A stretch of 64,000 nt of DNA from an uncultured Verrucomicrobiae bacterium (GCA_963706955.1 CAVPOC010000003.1:256001-320000), one strand, 5' to 3'. Numbered from the stretch's first letter, positions 19,357-29,537 are shown. Numbers and translations: made by a program. The notes: generated by a model not told the origin, from the sequence alone.

Positions 19357-20721
19357 ATGTCGAAAGATTCCGCCCTCAATCAACGCATGGAAAAGATCGT
19401 CAGCCTCTGCAAGCGCCGGGGCTTCATTTTCCAATCCTCTGAAATTTATGGAGGGCTGAATGGCTTTTGGGATTACGGCCCCCTCGGCGTGGAGCTCAAA
19501 CGCAACCTCAAGGATTTCTGGTGGCGCCGAAATGTTCGCGAACGTGAAGATATGGTTGGCATGGATGGGTCGATCATCATGAACCGAGCTGTCTGGAAGG
19601 CTAGTGGACACGAGGATACTTTTAGCGATCCAATGGTGGACTGCCGTTCGTGCAAGTCGCGCCATCGTGCAGACCAATTGCCGCTCAAGGATGGCGTGAA
19701 GTATTGCCCAAATTGCGGGAGTCGGGATCTGACCGAACCGAGGGCATTCAACCTGATGTTCAAAAGCTTCGCCGGCCCACTCGAAAGCGACGAGAATTTG
19801 GTGTATCTGCGGCCGGAGACCGCCCAGGCGATCTTCGTGCAGTTCAAGAACGTCCTGGAAACTTCGCGTCAAAAGCTTCCCTTCGGCATTGCGCAAATTG
19901 GGAAGGCCTTCCGCAACGAAATCAACCCACGCAACTACACGTTTCGCTCTCGCGAATTCGAACAGATGGAGATCGAATATTTCTGTCGTGGGGAGGAAGG
20001 ATTGCGTCTGACCGACTATTGGCTGGAGGAGCGTCTCAGGTTTTATGAGGATATCGGCATCCCCCGCGCAAAGATCCGCGTTCACGATATTCCCGACGAG
20101 GAACGCGCCTTCTATTCGAAGAAGACATACGATCTCGAATACGACTTTCCTTTCGGAGTCAGCGAGCTCGAAGGGATTGCCTACCGCACCGATTACGATC
20201 TCTCCCGGCATATTGAATGCAGTGGCAAGCCGCTCGAATACTTCGACGAGGAGACAAAGCAAAAGTTTGTGCCCCACGTTGTCGAACCGAGCGCGGGCGT
20301 CGACCGAACTGCCCTGGCCCTACTTTGCGAAGCTTACGATGAAGAGGTGGTTCCGGCAGAGAACGGCAAGAGCGAGATGCGGACCGTTCTCCGTTTCCAT
20401 CCAAGAATGGCTCCCGTAAAGTGCGGTATCTTTCCGCTTCTGAAAAACAAACCCGAACTGGTCGCCAAGGCGAGGGAGATCGCCCGCGCATTGCGACCGC
20501 TCATGGCGATCTTCTACGATGAGGCCGGGGCGATCGGGCGGCGCTATCGCCGCCAGGATGAGGCTGGCACACCCTTCGGTGTCACCGTCGACTTCGATAC
20601 CATCGGCGAAAACGGACCGGCAAAGAAAGACACCGTGACTTTGCGCCATCGCGACAGCATGAAGCAGGATCGAGTCGCCATCTCCGACCTCAAAGATCTT
20701 CTGCAGGAAGCGATCGCCTGA
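19357..20721 (+). CDS. glyQS: Glycine--tRNA ligase (alpha2 type)
   Basis: CKRRGF...SEIYGG, LRPETAQ, FRNEI and EFEQME. Confidence 0.96.
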   Translation: MSKDSALNQRMEKIVSLCKRRGFIFQSSEIYGGLNGFWDYGPLGVELKRNLKDFWWRRNVREREDMVGMDGSIIMNRAVWKASGHEDTFSDPMVDCRSCKSRHRADQLPLKDGVKYCPNCGSRDLTEPRAFNLMFKSFAGPLESDENLVYLRPETAQAIFVQFKNVLETSRQKLPFGIAQIGKAFRNEINPRNYTFRSREFEQMEIEYFCRGEEGLRLTDYWLEERLRFYEDIGIPRAKIRVHDIPDEERAFYSKKTYDLEYDFPFGVSELEGIAYRTDYDLSRHIECSGKPLEYFDEETKQKFVPHVVEPSAGVDRTALALLCEAYDEEVVPAENGKSEMRTVLRFHPRMAPVKCGIFPLLKNKPELVAKAREIARALRPLMAIFYDEAGAIGRRYRRQDEAGTPFGVTVDFDTIGENGPAKKDTVTLRHRDSMKQDRVAISDLKDLLQEAIA

Positions 20722-20831
20722 CGCTTACGCCGTCCTGCTCAAGGTTGTTCTCTCCCGAACCCACACCAAAAAATTCATAAAAAACGCAAGATTTTCGGAT
20801 ACTCCGGGAGGGCAGGCGTGTTCAATGGTGT

Positions 20832-21116
20832 ATGAGAGCACGTTCCTTTGCAATTTTGATGGCGGCGTTCGTGGGCGCTTTCGCCCTGTTCGCGACTCCG
20901 GCTGAGGCTGGCGGAAGGAGATATTACAAGAACTACTACAACGGTGATTGCTACCGTGGCGGGGGCTATCGCGGTGGCCACGGGTATTACAACCGAGGAT
21001 GGAACCGAGGATATGGGTATTATCGCCCGGTGCGGTACTATCGACCCGCCTACTACTTTCCACCCCCGGTCTTTCAGATCGGCTTCTCCTTTGGCGGCGG
21101 CGGCTACTGCCGCTAG
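20832..21116 (+). CDS. Small secreted Gly/Tyr/Arg-rich protein
   Basis: Signal peptide ending PAEA, a low-complexity G/Y/R body and a downstream terminator. Confidence 0.75.
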   Translation: MRARSFAILMAAFVGAFALFATPAEAGGRRYYKNYYNGDCYRGGGYRGGHGYYNRGWNRGYGYYRPVRYYRPAYYFPPPVFQIGFSFGGGGYCR

Positions 21117-21143
21117 GCCGCACGACAATTCCGTGGGAGGGTT

Positions 21144-21177
21144 GAAAGCGCCCGAGCGCACGGACTCGGGCGCTTTC
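21144..21177 (+). terminator. Probable intrinsic terminator hairpin
   Basis: Perfect 13-bp stem GAAAGCGCCCGAG/CTCGGGCGCTTTC starting 27 bp after the stop at 21116. Confidence 0.6.
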
Positions 21178-21255
21178 TAGGGTCTTGGACTGACCATGCC
21201 GCCCCGCGGGCGCGTCGCGCCAGCGTTGCCTTTGGCCGCCACGTTAAAGGCTCAT

Positions 21256-21347
21256 TGTAGAGACCGTGCCCCAACGGTCGAGGGGCCGTTGTGGCGACCA
21301 TGTCCTCATAGTCGGAGGCCCCTGGCGGCGGGGACGCCGCCGCTACA
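21256..21347. repeat. GTAG-type REP cluster (three units, partly degenerate)
   Basis: TGTAGAGACCGTGCCCCAACGGTCG, TGTGGCGACCATGTCCTCATAGTCG and the inverted GGCGGCGGGGACGCCGCCGCTACA. Confidence 0.7.
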
Positions 21348-21429
21348 GTCGAGCGCTGCTGGAAGTTTTCTGCGAGAGCGGATGTAATCGGGCTTTTCAA
21401 GCGAGAGCGCTTCGCGAGAATGCGCGCCC

Positions 21430-22152
21430 GTGCCCTTAAGGAAAAAGTCTAGACTTGTTCGGGCAGCGCAAGTGCTCCTTCTTGCGACTCTCGTCATAAT
21501 GACGATTCCGCCGGTGCAAGTTGCCCTGGCGACCGTTTGGAACCCTCCGTTGGTCCCAATGCAAATCCAAAGGAAACTCGAGGCTTGGCTTACGGGACAG
21601 TCACTTGAGGAAGCTCCAACTAGGTGGGTACCGCTGAAGGAGATCCCCGAGCGGTTCATTCACTTTGTGTGGGCTTCCGAGGATCAGCAATTCTTCCAAC
21701 ACCATGGCTTCGACGTCCGACGCATCCGCGAAGCGATCGAGGAAGCGCAGGATCGAAATGACGAACCGCGCGCGGTGTCGACGATTACCATGCAATGTGC
21801 GCGCACGCTCTTTCTATGGCAGGGGCGATCCTACCTGCGCAAAGCGTTGGAAGCATATTACACCCTCTGGATGGAGCTCCTGATGAGCAAGCAGCGCATC
21901 CTCGAGCTCTATCTCAATCACATTGAGCTTGGTCCTGGAATTTACGGAATCGGTGCCGCGGCGCACAAATACTTCGACACCCCACCGAACCAACTGTCTC
22001 GCAGTCAGATGGTTGCATTAGCCGCAATTCTTCCCAACCCCCTGAAATGGTCGCCGACACACCCGAGTAAAGCGGTGGTTCGCAAGATCCGCCGTGTTGA
22101 GCGTCTTGCATCGCAAGCGCCGTTCCCCAGTGAGCAATTACAGCGTAAATAA
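21430..22152 (+). CDS. mtgA: Monofunctional peptidoglycan transglycosylase
   Basis: SEDQQFFQHHGFD, STITMQCAR, RKALE and ILELYLN. Confidence 0.92.
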   Translation: MPLRKKSRLVRAAQVLLLATLVIMTIPPVQVALATVWNPPLVPMQIQRKLEAWLTGQSLEEAPTRWVPLKEIPERFIHFVWASEDQQFFQHHGFDVRRIREAIEEAQDRNDEPRAVSTITMQCARTLFLWQGRSYLRKALEAYYTLWMELLMSKQRILELYLNHIELGPGIYGIGAAAHKYFDTPPNQLSRSQMVALAAILPNPLKWSPTHPSKAVVRKIRRVERLASQAPFPSEQLQRK

Positions 22153-22196
22153 CCACCCTTGCCACGGTTTCATGTCCCACCTAGTGTCGCCCAGCG

Positions 22197-22880
22197 ATGC
22201 CCGGAGACCTGCGCCTAGATCTGAAGCCGCTCTTTGATTACAATCGGAGCTGGGCGCTCGGGATGCGCGAGAAGCAGCCACGGTTCTTCGAAAATCTCGC
22301 CCAACAACAGATTCCAAAATTCCTGTGGATCGGCTGTTCGGATAGTCGTGTGCCCGCCAATGAGATCGTCGGCCTGCAACCGGGCGAAGTCTTTGTCCAT
22401 CGCAACGTTGCCAACATCATCTCCCTGACCGATTTCAATTGTCTTGCGACGGTGCAATACGCTGTCGATGTCCTCAAGGTGCTCCACATCATTGTTTGCG
22501 GACACTACGGGTGTGGCGGGGTTCAGGCGGCGCTCGGGGGAACTGCCGTTGGGCTCGTCAACAATTGGCTTTGGCCGATTTCCGAAGCCTTTGAAACCTT
22601 CCGTGAGCAGATCGAAACAATTGAAGATCCTGCCGGGCGGGCAGAAAAACTCTGCGAGATAAACGTGATCCTCCAGGTTCGGAACCTATGCCGTTCCGCG
22701 CTGCTTACAGAGACCTGGCGCAATGGCCGCGATTTGGCGGTGCACGGGCTCATCTATGGGCTTCACGATGGAATTCTGCGCGATCTTCAGGCCAACATCG
22801 TCAGTCTGGCAACGGCAGAGGCGGTCTGTCACATCGCGCTCCAACGTATTCTCGAGACGCAAGGTCGCGTGGTCTCTTGA
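22197..22880 (+). CDS. can: Beta-class carbonic anhydrase
   Basis: WIGCSDSRVP, FVHRNVAN and GHYGCGG. Confidence 0.95.
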   Translation: MPGDLRLDLKPLFDYNRSWALGMREKQPRFFENLAQQQIPKFLWIGCSDSRVPANEIVGLQPGEVFVHRNVANIISLTDFNCLATVQYAVDVLKVLHIIVCGHYGCGGVQAALGGTAVGLVNNWLWPISEAFETFREQIETIEDPAGRAEKLCEINVILQVRNLCRSALLTETWRNGRDLAVHGLIYGLHDGILRDLQANIVSLATAEAVCHIALQRILETQGRVVS

Positions 22881-22886
22881 CGGGCC

Positions 22887-23541
22887 ATGTCGTCGGTCGA
22901 ACTCTCCCTGGAGCCTAAATACACGCGCGGCGAAGAGATCGCGAACACGTTGTCCGCTGCAGCCGGCCTTGTCCTCTTTCTCGGAATCTCCCCTTTTCTC
23001 ATGGCCGCCGCGTCGGGCAGCGAGCGACCTTTGGCGCTCGGCAGCACTGTCGTGTTCCTCGCATCGATGCTTGGATTGTACCTGAGTTCAATGCTCTACC
23101 ATGCGCTGGCGCCTTGCCCGATGAAGCGCATCGTCCGAATCCTCGATCATTCGGCGATCTTTGTTCTGATTGCGGGGACCTACACACCCTTCGCACTTGG
23201 GCCGCTCGCCGCGAGCGGCGGATTCGTCCTCGCGATCATCGAGTGGACGATGGCGGTGTTGGGCATTGCCTTCAAATGGGCGCGGCGGCATTCAATACAG
23301 GCGCTTGTCAAACCTGATCTACTTGTGCATGGGCTGGCTGGGAATTTTGTGGATCCGACCGTTTATCGAGAGTGTTGGTTGGTCCGGATTCTTTTTGGTG
23401 CTTTCGGGGGGAATCGCCTACACTGTCGGGATCACCTTCTACGCCGCGAAACATCGCAGCTACGCGCATCTCGTCTGGCATCTGTTCGTCATCGCAGGCT
23501 CTCTCTGCCATACCATCGCCATCTGGAGGTATGCAATTTAG
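22887..23541 (+). CDS. Hemolysin III (PAQR) family membrane protein with a +1 frameshift near 23278-23280
   Basis: EEIAN, S.LYH and LDHSAIF..IAGTYTP in one frame; YLCMGW, GGIAYTVG and HLVWHLFV in the +1 frame. Confidence 0.85.
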
Positions 23542-23596
23542 GCGGACGTAGATAATGCTTCCCGCGGGAGCTGAGCAGATTACATTAAAAATCCCT

Positions 23597-24046
23597 ATGG
23601 AAACCTCTCTCCTCCTTTTGAAGCCTGATTGCGTGGCGGGCCGAAAAGTCGGCGACGTGATCAAGCGCTTCGAAGACAACGGATTTCAAATTCGCGGATG
23701 CAAGATGTTCAGCGCATCACCAGAACTCTTGAAGGAACACTATTCCCATCTGCTCGACAAAAGCTTCTTCCCTCAGCTCGAGGCATTCATGCAATCCACT
23801 CCGGTCATCGCGCTCGCACTCACCGGGAAAGACGCCGTCGACCGGGTCCGGACGATCATCGGCCCAACCGACTCGCGAAAGGCGGAAAAGGGAACGGTTC
23901 GCGGTGACCTGGGCATCGATGTGATGGTAAACATTGTCCATGCTTCCGATTCACCCGAAAATGCTGAGATTGAACTCCAGAGGTTTTTCGAGCCCAACGA
24001 GCTTTTTTCGTATGAGATGAATTACAGCACCGAGGTTCGGAAATAG
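23597..24046 (+). CDS. ndk: Nucleoside diphosphate kinase
   Basis: LKPD, GTVRGD and NIVHASDS. Confidence 0.96.
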   Translation: METSLLLLKPDCVAGRKVGDVIKRFEDNGFQIRGCKMFSASPELLKEHYSHLLDKSFFPQLEAFMQSTPVIALALTGKDAVDRVRTIIGPTDSRKAEKGTVRGDLGIDVMVNIVHASDSPENAEIELQRFFEPNELFSYEMNYSTEVRK

Positions 24047-24105
24047 GCTTGGTCTACGCGAGAGTTGTAAATTTCGAATCCATCGAGGGCCTCGGATCGC
24101 GATAC

Positions 24106-24726
24106 TTAATGCGTGACCGTGACCGGTGTTCCTGAAGGTGCGTTCGCGTAGAAGAGTTGCGCCATTCTCAGCGGCATGCGGATACACCCATGAGAATCAG
24201 GAACTCCCGGGAGGTAGCCTGCGTGCATCCCGACGCCACTGTAAATCCTCATGAAGTACGGCATCGGCGCCCCTCGAAAGCGGGTCCCCGGCGGTTTCGG
24301 ATCCTCCACAATGCCGACATTTCGCACGACGACATTGCCGGAGGCGTCCACGTAGTCTCCGTAGAGGTTGGAATGATGATCCCGGTTCTTTTGAAGGATT
24401 TTGAATCTTCCGGTAGGAGTTCGGTATCCCTCGCGTCCGCTTGAAATTGGGGACATGCCGACCACCTGTCCCGATCTGTAGAAATATGCCCTTTGATTAC
24501 CGAGGTCGATGACGATGGAAGGAGCGCCAGCCACCTCATCGCCGCGCCAATACCCCTCCTCCTGAGGTCGCGAAGCCTGCGTCTGCCTGGTCACGACAAC
24601 GCCATCCTCCCCGAGGTAGAGAGTGGCATAGCTATCATTGAGATAGCGAGCCTGCGGCGGCGGGGGCGGAGTGCTCGAACACGCCGCCAACACAGCCGAA
24701 CTGACCAACAGGAAAAATTTTCTCAC
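24106..24726 (-). CDS. L,D-transpeptidase family lipoprotein
   Basis: LAAC lipobox, TPTG.F and H.G......SHGCIR. Confidence 0.9.
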   Translation of the reverse strand: MRKFFLLVSSAVLAACSSTPPPPPQARYLNDSYATLYLGEDGVVVTRQTQASRPQEEGYWRGDEVAGAPSIVIDLGNQRAYFYRSGQVVGMSPISSGREGYRTPTGRFKILQKNRDHHSNLYGDYVDASGNVVVRNVGIVEDPKPPGTRFRGAPMPYFMRIYSGVGMHAGYLPGVPDSHGCIRMPLRMAQLFYANAPSGTPVTVTH

Positions 24727-24771
24727 CTCTCTTTTAAGTAGCGCGAACTGTGTCTAGCGAAAAGAGACAAA

Positions 24772-25326
24772 GTGGCTTGCGGGAGCGCCTACCATAGGAT
24801 CAATTGGCTCGTGAAAGAAAAGGTGCAGGAGATGGAGATGGAGGTGCTTCCTCCCGAGTCCAAGGCTCAAAAGGAAGAGTTTTCCCGCATGCTCGCCTAC
24901 ATCCTTGATGACCTTATTCCCATTCCGGGAACAAAGTATCGTATCGGTCTAGATCCCCTCATCGGTCTGATTCCTGGGCTTGGAGATACTTCCACTGCCG
25001 CGTTCTCGTCGTTGATCTTGGTTCACGGCGTTCGCGCAGGAGTTCCTCGGGTCGTCCTGCTGCGGATGGCGCTAAATATCTTGATCAACTCGATCCTCGG
25101 AGCTCTCCCGGGCCTTGGCGATTTGTTTTCTGCGTGGTTCAAGTCCAACCAGCAAAATTATCGCCTCTTGAAGCGTCACTCGGGTGGCGCTCGGGTTTCG
25201 ACAAGTGGAGACTGGATTTTTCTTATCGTGCTGATCACGCTCATCTTAGCCATCGCGGTGACGATCGCACTTGCGGTCGGCTACCTGGCCTTTCGGATGA
25301 CTTCGGTGCTCTTTGGCGGATCGTGA
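24772..25326 (+). CDS. DUF4112 membrane protein
   Basis: LDD.IPIPGT..RIGLDPLIGLIPG.GD and GDLF...FKSN; start uncertain. Confidence 0.85.
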   Translation: MACGSAYHRINWLVKEKVQEMEMEVLPPESKAQKEEFSRMLAYILDDLIPIPGTKYRIGLDPLIGLIPGLGDTSTAAFSSLILVHGVRAGVPRVVLLRMALNILINSILGALPGLGDLFSAWFKSNQQNYRLLKRHSGGARVSTSGDWIFLIVLITLILAIAVTIALAVGYLAFRMTSVLFGGS

Positions 25327-25946
25327 GCGCGCTGCGCGTGCATCTGCAGGCGCTGGCCAACTGCCGCCGATGCCCGGGCATGCATAAACCTGTTGTCGTT
25401 GGACGCCCTGTGCCGAGCCAGATCCTCCTCATCGGACAGGCTCCGGGCGGTAAAGAACCGGTCCTTGGTCGTCCGTTTGCCTGGACGGCGGGCAGGACGC
25501 TTTTCCGGTGGCTTGAGTCCGCACTCGGGTGGGACGAGGAAACGGTGCGCAGCCAAATTTACTTTGCGGCGGTCTGCCGTTGCTTTCCCGGAAAAGATCC
25601 TCGCGGTGGCGATCGTGTTCCAAGCGATCTGGAGATTCAGCAATGTTCTCACTGGCTGCGGCGGGAGTTTGAGCTTCTCCGACCCGAACTGGTCCTCCCG
25701 GTGGGACGATTGGCGATAGCACAGTTTCTGCCATTTGACTCGCTGGCCGATGTGGTCGGCAAATGTTGGACGGTCAACTTTCATGGAGCGAGACGAGACT
25801 TCATTCCGCTGCCACACCCCTCCGGCGCTTCAACATGGCATCGCACCGAGCCGGGGAGGACTCTTCTTGAGGATTCGCTTCGGCTGATTGCCGGCCATTC
25901 GGCGATACGCCGCCCAGCGAGATGCAAGCTCGGCCGCCCATTGTAG
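25323..25946 (+). CDS. Uracil-DNA glycosylase superfamily protein
   Basis: CRRC, IGQAPG, PF..TAG, CRCFPG and LPHPS; GTG start overlaps the upstream stop. Confidence 0.88.
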   Translation: MSALRVHLQALANCRRCPGMHKPVVVGRPVPSQILLIGQAPGGKEPVLGRPFAWTAGRTLFRWLESALGWDEETVRSQIYFAAVCRCFPGKDPRGGDRVPSDLEIQQCSHWLRREFELLRPELVLPVGRLAIAQFLPFDSLADVVGKCWTVNFHGARRDFIPLPHPSGASTWHRTEPGRTLLEDSLRLIAGHSAIRRPARCKLGRPL

Positions 25947-26001
25947 GGTCGGCCGTGACAACCGCCTGACGCCAGGACCTTGGCACAAGGACCCGCTACA
26001 A
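25941..26001. repeat. Degenerate GTAG-type REP doublet that supplies the stop codon of the UDG gene
   Basis: Ends are TTGTAG...CGCTACAA; the inner part is degenerate. Confidence 0.45.
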
Positions 26002-26106
26002 CCCTTCAATTGCAGACTCGGATCAAGCAGGGACCATCTCCCGCTCACTTTGGCGATCTTCGCTGAGCAAGCATCAGGGACCAGCCTTTCTCCGGCTCTG
26101 CAGACC

Positions 26107-26454
26107 TCAGAACGCCGCCTGCCATTCAGGAAGCTTGAATCCCACCAGTCGGACACTCTCGCCGATCAAGAACGGACGTTTGACGAGATTTCCATTTTTC
26201 GACAGGAGTCCGAAGACCTCTCGCTCGGACATACCTGGCAATTCTTCGCTTAGCTTGAGCGCCTTGTAGTCCGAGCCTGACGAGTTGAAGAGTTTACGAA
26301 GGTCACCGTAAGCCATGGCCATGGCCTTCAACTCTGATTCGGATGGCGGGGTGTCGCGAATGGAAATCTGATCGAAGGTGACGTTGCGCTCACGCAGGAA
26401 TTTTAAGGCTCGCCGGCAGGTGTCGCATTTCGAGTAGGTATAGATCCTTAGCAT
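26107..26454 (-). CDS. ArsC/Spx family protein
   Basis: CDTCRRA and LVKRPF. Confidence 0.9.
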   Translation of the reverse strand: MLRIYTYSKCDTCRRALKFLRERNVTFDQISIRDTPPSESELKAMAMAYGDLRKLFNSSGSDYKALKLSEELPGMSEREVFGLLSKNGNLVKRPFLIGESVRLVGFKLPEWQAAF

Positions 26455-26505
26455 TGGCGTGATCTCTGCCGCCGCTGGGCATGACAGAATGCTGTTAGCC
26501 GAGGC

Positions 26506-27204
26506 CTAAGGTTTCCGGATTCGGTCCCGAAGGGCAAGAATCCGCTCACGCTTTCGGTCATATTCGAGAGCGTGAAACAGCCGGATCTCTTCGACGCGTC
26601 TCGAGGCGGCCAGGCTCTCAAGGTAGCGCGTGTAGGATTGCGCCAAATAGGTCGTCTCCGCATAACGCGCGGAAATTGTCTTGTCGCGAAATGAGCGACT
26701 GAGTCGCGATTCAAACATGTGAAAGCGCAGCCAGCGACGATCCGCGCGCGTAATCTTCCCTGGCCTGCGGAAGAACGCCACGAAGAGCAGCAGCACCAGA
26801 TAGGTATCCACCTGTGCCTGCAGCTCCAAGTTGCGGGCATACGCCTCATCGTAGGTCGGCGCCTCGCCTCGTTGAAACTTCAATGCGGCATGCAAAGCAT
26901 GGTTGATTTCTTCGACGAAGGCGATGAGCGCGTTGATATTAGCATCGCTCAACCCGGAACGCGGATCGTGTATCTCGAGCTGTTCGATAAGCCAGACCGA
27001 ATAGTAAATTCCAACACGCAAGCGACCGTCGGCAGCGCGAAGAAAGGTTCGGGCGAGCATGCTCAACTCGGCGGCCTGCGCGCCAGCAAGGGCTGAGAGC
27101 TGGGTGCATCGCCGCCGGTCAATCAGACATTCCTCGAGATTCACCCCGACGCTGGCATAGGTGCGCTCGAGTAAGCGCTGAATTTCACTAAAGAGTGTGC
27201 TCAT
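26506..27204 (-). CDS. Hypothetical protein
   Basis: 232-aa ORF coupled by ATGA to the upstream gene; EEINH...LELQAQVDTY. Confidence 0.75.
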   Translation of the reverse strand: MSTLFSEIQRLLERTYASVGVNLEECLIDRRRCTQLSALAGAQAAELSMLARTFLRAADGRLRVGIYYSVWLIEQLEIHDPRSGLSDANINALIAFVEEINHALHAALKFQRGEAPTYDEAYARNLELQAQVDTYLVLLLFVAFFRRPGKITRADRRWLRFHMFESRLSRSFRDKTISARYAETTYLAQSYTRYLESLAASRRVEEIRLFHALEYDRKRERILALRDRIRKP

Positions 27205-27896
27205 GTCGCGATGATCAGCGCCGAAGGAGCGTCCAGATGGAGAAGACGGCTCGCCAGATCGTTCAAGGCCAGGCGCACCTCCCTGAAGCCACCAGCCAGT
27301 TCTTCATAGATGGCTTGCAACTTGAAGCGCTTGGCTTCGCGGTACTCCGAAGCCGCCCGATAATTCATCTGGCCAACCGCCTCGTAAAACGAAAGGTCGG
27401 GTGCCCCGCGTTGGCGTGTCCGCATCTCGACGTTGTCCGCAAAGATCCCGCTGATAAAGAGTGCATAGTTCGCCGCGTGCGAACGCAGCAGGAACGCCTC
27501 TCGGGTGCCCGCGTTATTCATCGCGCGCATGATGTCGGAGAGATATTGCATGCTGCGCATGCCCGTTTCGTCCGAAACTTCCATCCGTGCTGTTCTCATG
27601 AATCCTTCGAGCAGCGAGGCCACGAAGTCCGCCGCTTCGCGGCTCTTGACGGGCGTCTCGCGAAGAACCTTGCGGCAAAGGACGTAAAACAACAGCTGGG
27701 GAGAGATCGGAAGACGTTGCGGAGACTCAAGAATGGCTTTGGCGAGCAGTTCATGATCCAGAATCGCATCCCGGGTATCCTCGTCAACGAGTAGCTTCAC
27801 CAGCGAAACGTGGTCAGTTTCGCTTCTCGACAGGACTTTGACGACGAACGTGAAGTCGTCGGCCGTCAGCCGTATCCGACAATTCGCATGGATCAT
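27201..27896 (-). CDS. Hypothetical protein
   Basis: 231-aa ORF; NYALFISGIF and FYEAVG..NY. Confidence 0.75.
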   Translation of the reverse strand: MIHANCRIRLTADDFTFVVKVLSRSETDHVSLVKLLVDEDTRDAILDHELLAKAILESPQRLPISPQLLFYVLCRKVLRETPVKSREAADFVASLLEGFMRTARMEVSDETGMRSMQYLSDIMRAMNNAGTREAFLLRSHAANYALFISGIFADNVEMRTRQRGAPDLSFYEAVGQMNYRAASEYREAKRFKLQAIYEELAGGFREVRLALNDLASRLLHLDAPSALIIAT

Positions 27897-27911
27897 CGGG
27901 ACTTATCGTTG

Positions 27912-27928
27912 AGCATTACACGTGCCAA
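27912..27928 (-). promoter_or_regulatory. Putative sigma54 -24/-12 promoter
   Basis: Minus strand TTGGCACG-TGTA-ATGCT with exact GG-N10-GC spacing, just upstream of the ATG at 27896. Confidence 0.6.
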
Positions 27929-28057
27929 CATTCTTTGGGGGGTTCTTGGCAGGACAACGGCCATCATACTCTCTCCTTGAATTTTACTCAAGGTTCTTCG
28001 TCACCTCGTGCTGTTCCGGATGCCCGGTCGACGATGCCGGGGTCCGATGCCAGCAAG

Positions 28058-29422
28058 CTACTTAATGAGAGGGGCAAGGGAGTCGATCACGCCCTTGGCA
28101 CCGTCCTTGGCAGCATTTGGAAGATCCTCGATGAGGCGTCTGCCTTGATAGATGGTTTCATCGCGAACGGCGGCTGCCAGGCGGGAAGAGAGATCTTCCT
28201 GGGGATTTTGAAGCGAGCCGCCAATTCGAACGTCCGTCCAGACGTAGCCATTCTGGGCTACAGTGAAGACCCGCTCGCGCGAGCCCGGTAGCCATTGAAG
28301 AGTTTGGGGAGCAACGCCGACGCGAAGCGATCCATTGAGCCGTCCCCCTTCCGCGATGGTGCATGCTCCCTCGAGGCGCAAAAGCCCCTTCGATTCGGCC
28401 ACCAGGTTGGTAATCTTTAGAAGATTCCGGGTCCATTCATAGTTTCCTGAGAGTTCCTGAAGGGGCATCCTCCGAAACTGCGGGGCTCCCGTGAAGGTGG
28501 CCACCTGGTCGAGCATCTCGATGTTTTCGGCGACGCCATCGGTCAGCCGAAAATTTCCGACCGCCCTACCGGCGGTGATGCCGGATTCGGGCCAGTCGAT
28601 CGAGGCGCTGCCGGCTAGGAAGCCATCGAGACGCGAGCGCCACGGCTCCTCGAGAAATGGGTCGATATCGACCTGGCTCCATTCGACGCGAAGCTTCGAG
28701 TTATCGCTAAACTCGCCCGAAGCCGATATTTTGCCCGTCTCGCCAAGTCGAAATTCGCCGTTCGTGAGAAAGAACATGTCGCCTTGCGTTCGCGATCGAA
28801 AGCTAACCACCTTCAACGCAGGGAGTTTGGAGACCGAAAGAAGTCCTCCTTTGCCGTCGATTGCCCAACCCGCGCCGTCAGGATAGATATCCAAGGCGGT
28901 ATTCTGCAGGGAGGCCATTTCAGCGCCGCGTTGGCTGCGAAAATGAAGGCGAGCCCGCCCGATGTCGAGTTCGCCGACTTCAAAACGGGTCGGGAGCCAT
29001 GAGGCGATGCCCTTTCTTGGCGGCGGCCGTCGAGACACTTCCACCGATTCCTTTGGAACGATCGACCCGGGACGGAAGGTTGCGTCAAAACTGACGACTT
29101 GAATCTGGTCAACTCTCCAAGCACCTTGAAAAATCGCCCGCCAATTGACATCGGCCCGCACCTGATCGGCACGCAAGCTTTCCACGATAGAGCCTTCCAA
29201 GCCGGTAGCTTGGAGCGAATCAACAAACATCGAGGAACCAGACCACCGCAACGGGCTGAAGGTAGCGTCGGAGTAGAGCGCCTCCCCGGTCTTGGCCCCC
29301 ATCAGCTTGCGAAAGGCTTCGCTCCGCAGGAATCGACTGATCATCAGGGAAGCGGCCAAGGCGCTGAGGACGATGAGCACCAGCACCGACGCCAGAGAGA
29401 TCCAGAGCACTCGGCTGTTCAT
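28058..29422 (-). CDS. AsmA-like envelope protein (hypothetical)
   Basis: N-terminal TM anchor, beta-rich body and a C-terminal IGGSLQNP motif. Confidence 0.6.
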   Translation of the reverse strand: MNSRVLWISLASVLVLIVLSALAASLMISRFLRSEAFRKLMGAKTGEALYSDATFSPLRWSGSSMFVDSLQATGLEGSIVESLRADQVRADVNWRAIFQGAWRVDQIQVVSFDATFRPGSIVPKESVEVSRRPPPRKGIASWLPTRFEVGELDIGRARLHFRSQRGAEMASLQNTALDIYPDGAGWAIDGKGGLLSVSKLPALKVVSFRSRTQGDMFFLTNGEFRLGETGKISASGEFSDNSKLRVEWSQVDIDPFLEEPWRSRLDGFLAGSASIDWPESGITAGRAVGNFRLTDGVAENIEMLDQVATFTGAPQFRRMPLQELSGNYEWTRNLLKITNLVAESKGLLRLEGACTIAEGGRLNGSLRVGVAPQTLQWLPGSRERVFTVAQNGYVWTDVRIGGSLQNPQEDLSSRLAAAVRDETIYQGRRLIEDLPNAAKDGAKGVIDSLAPLIK

Positions 29423-29537
29423 GAGAAGCTGGAGCGAAGCTAGCCTAGAGAATGGCCGTCGCCAATAGTTGAAATGCGCCGTTAACGAAATAGGATTCTC
29501 AGGGAATGCAAGTCAGAGCCTGTATGTTGAGCCGCCC

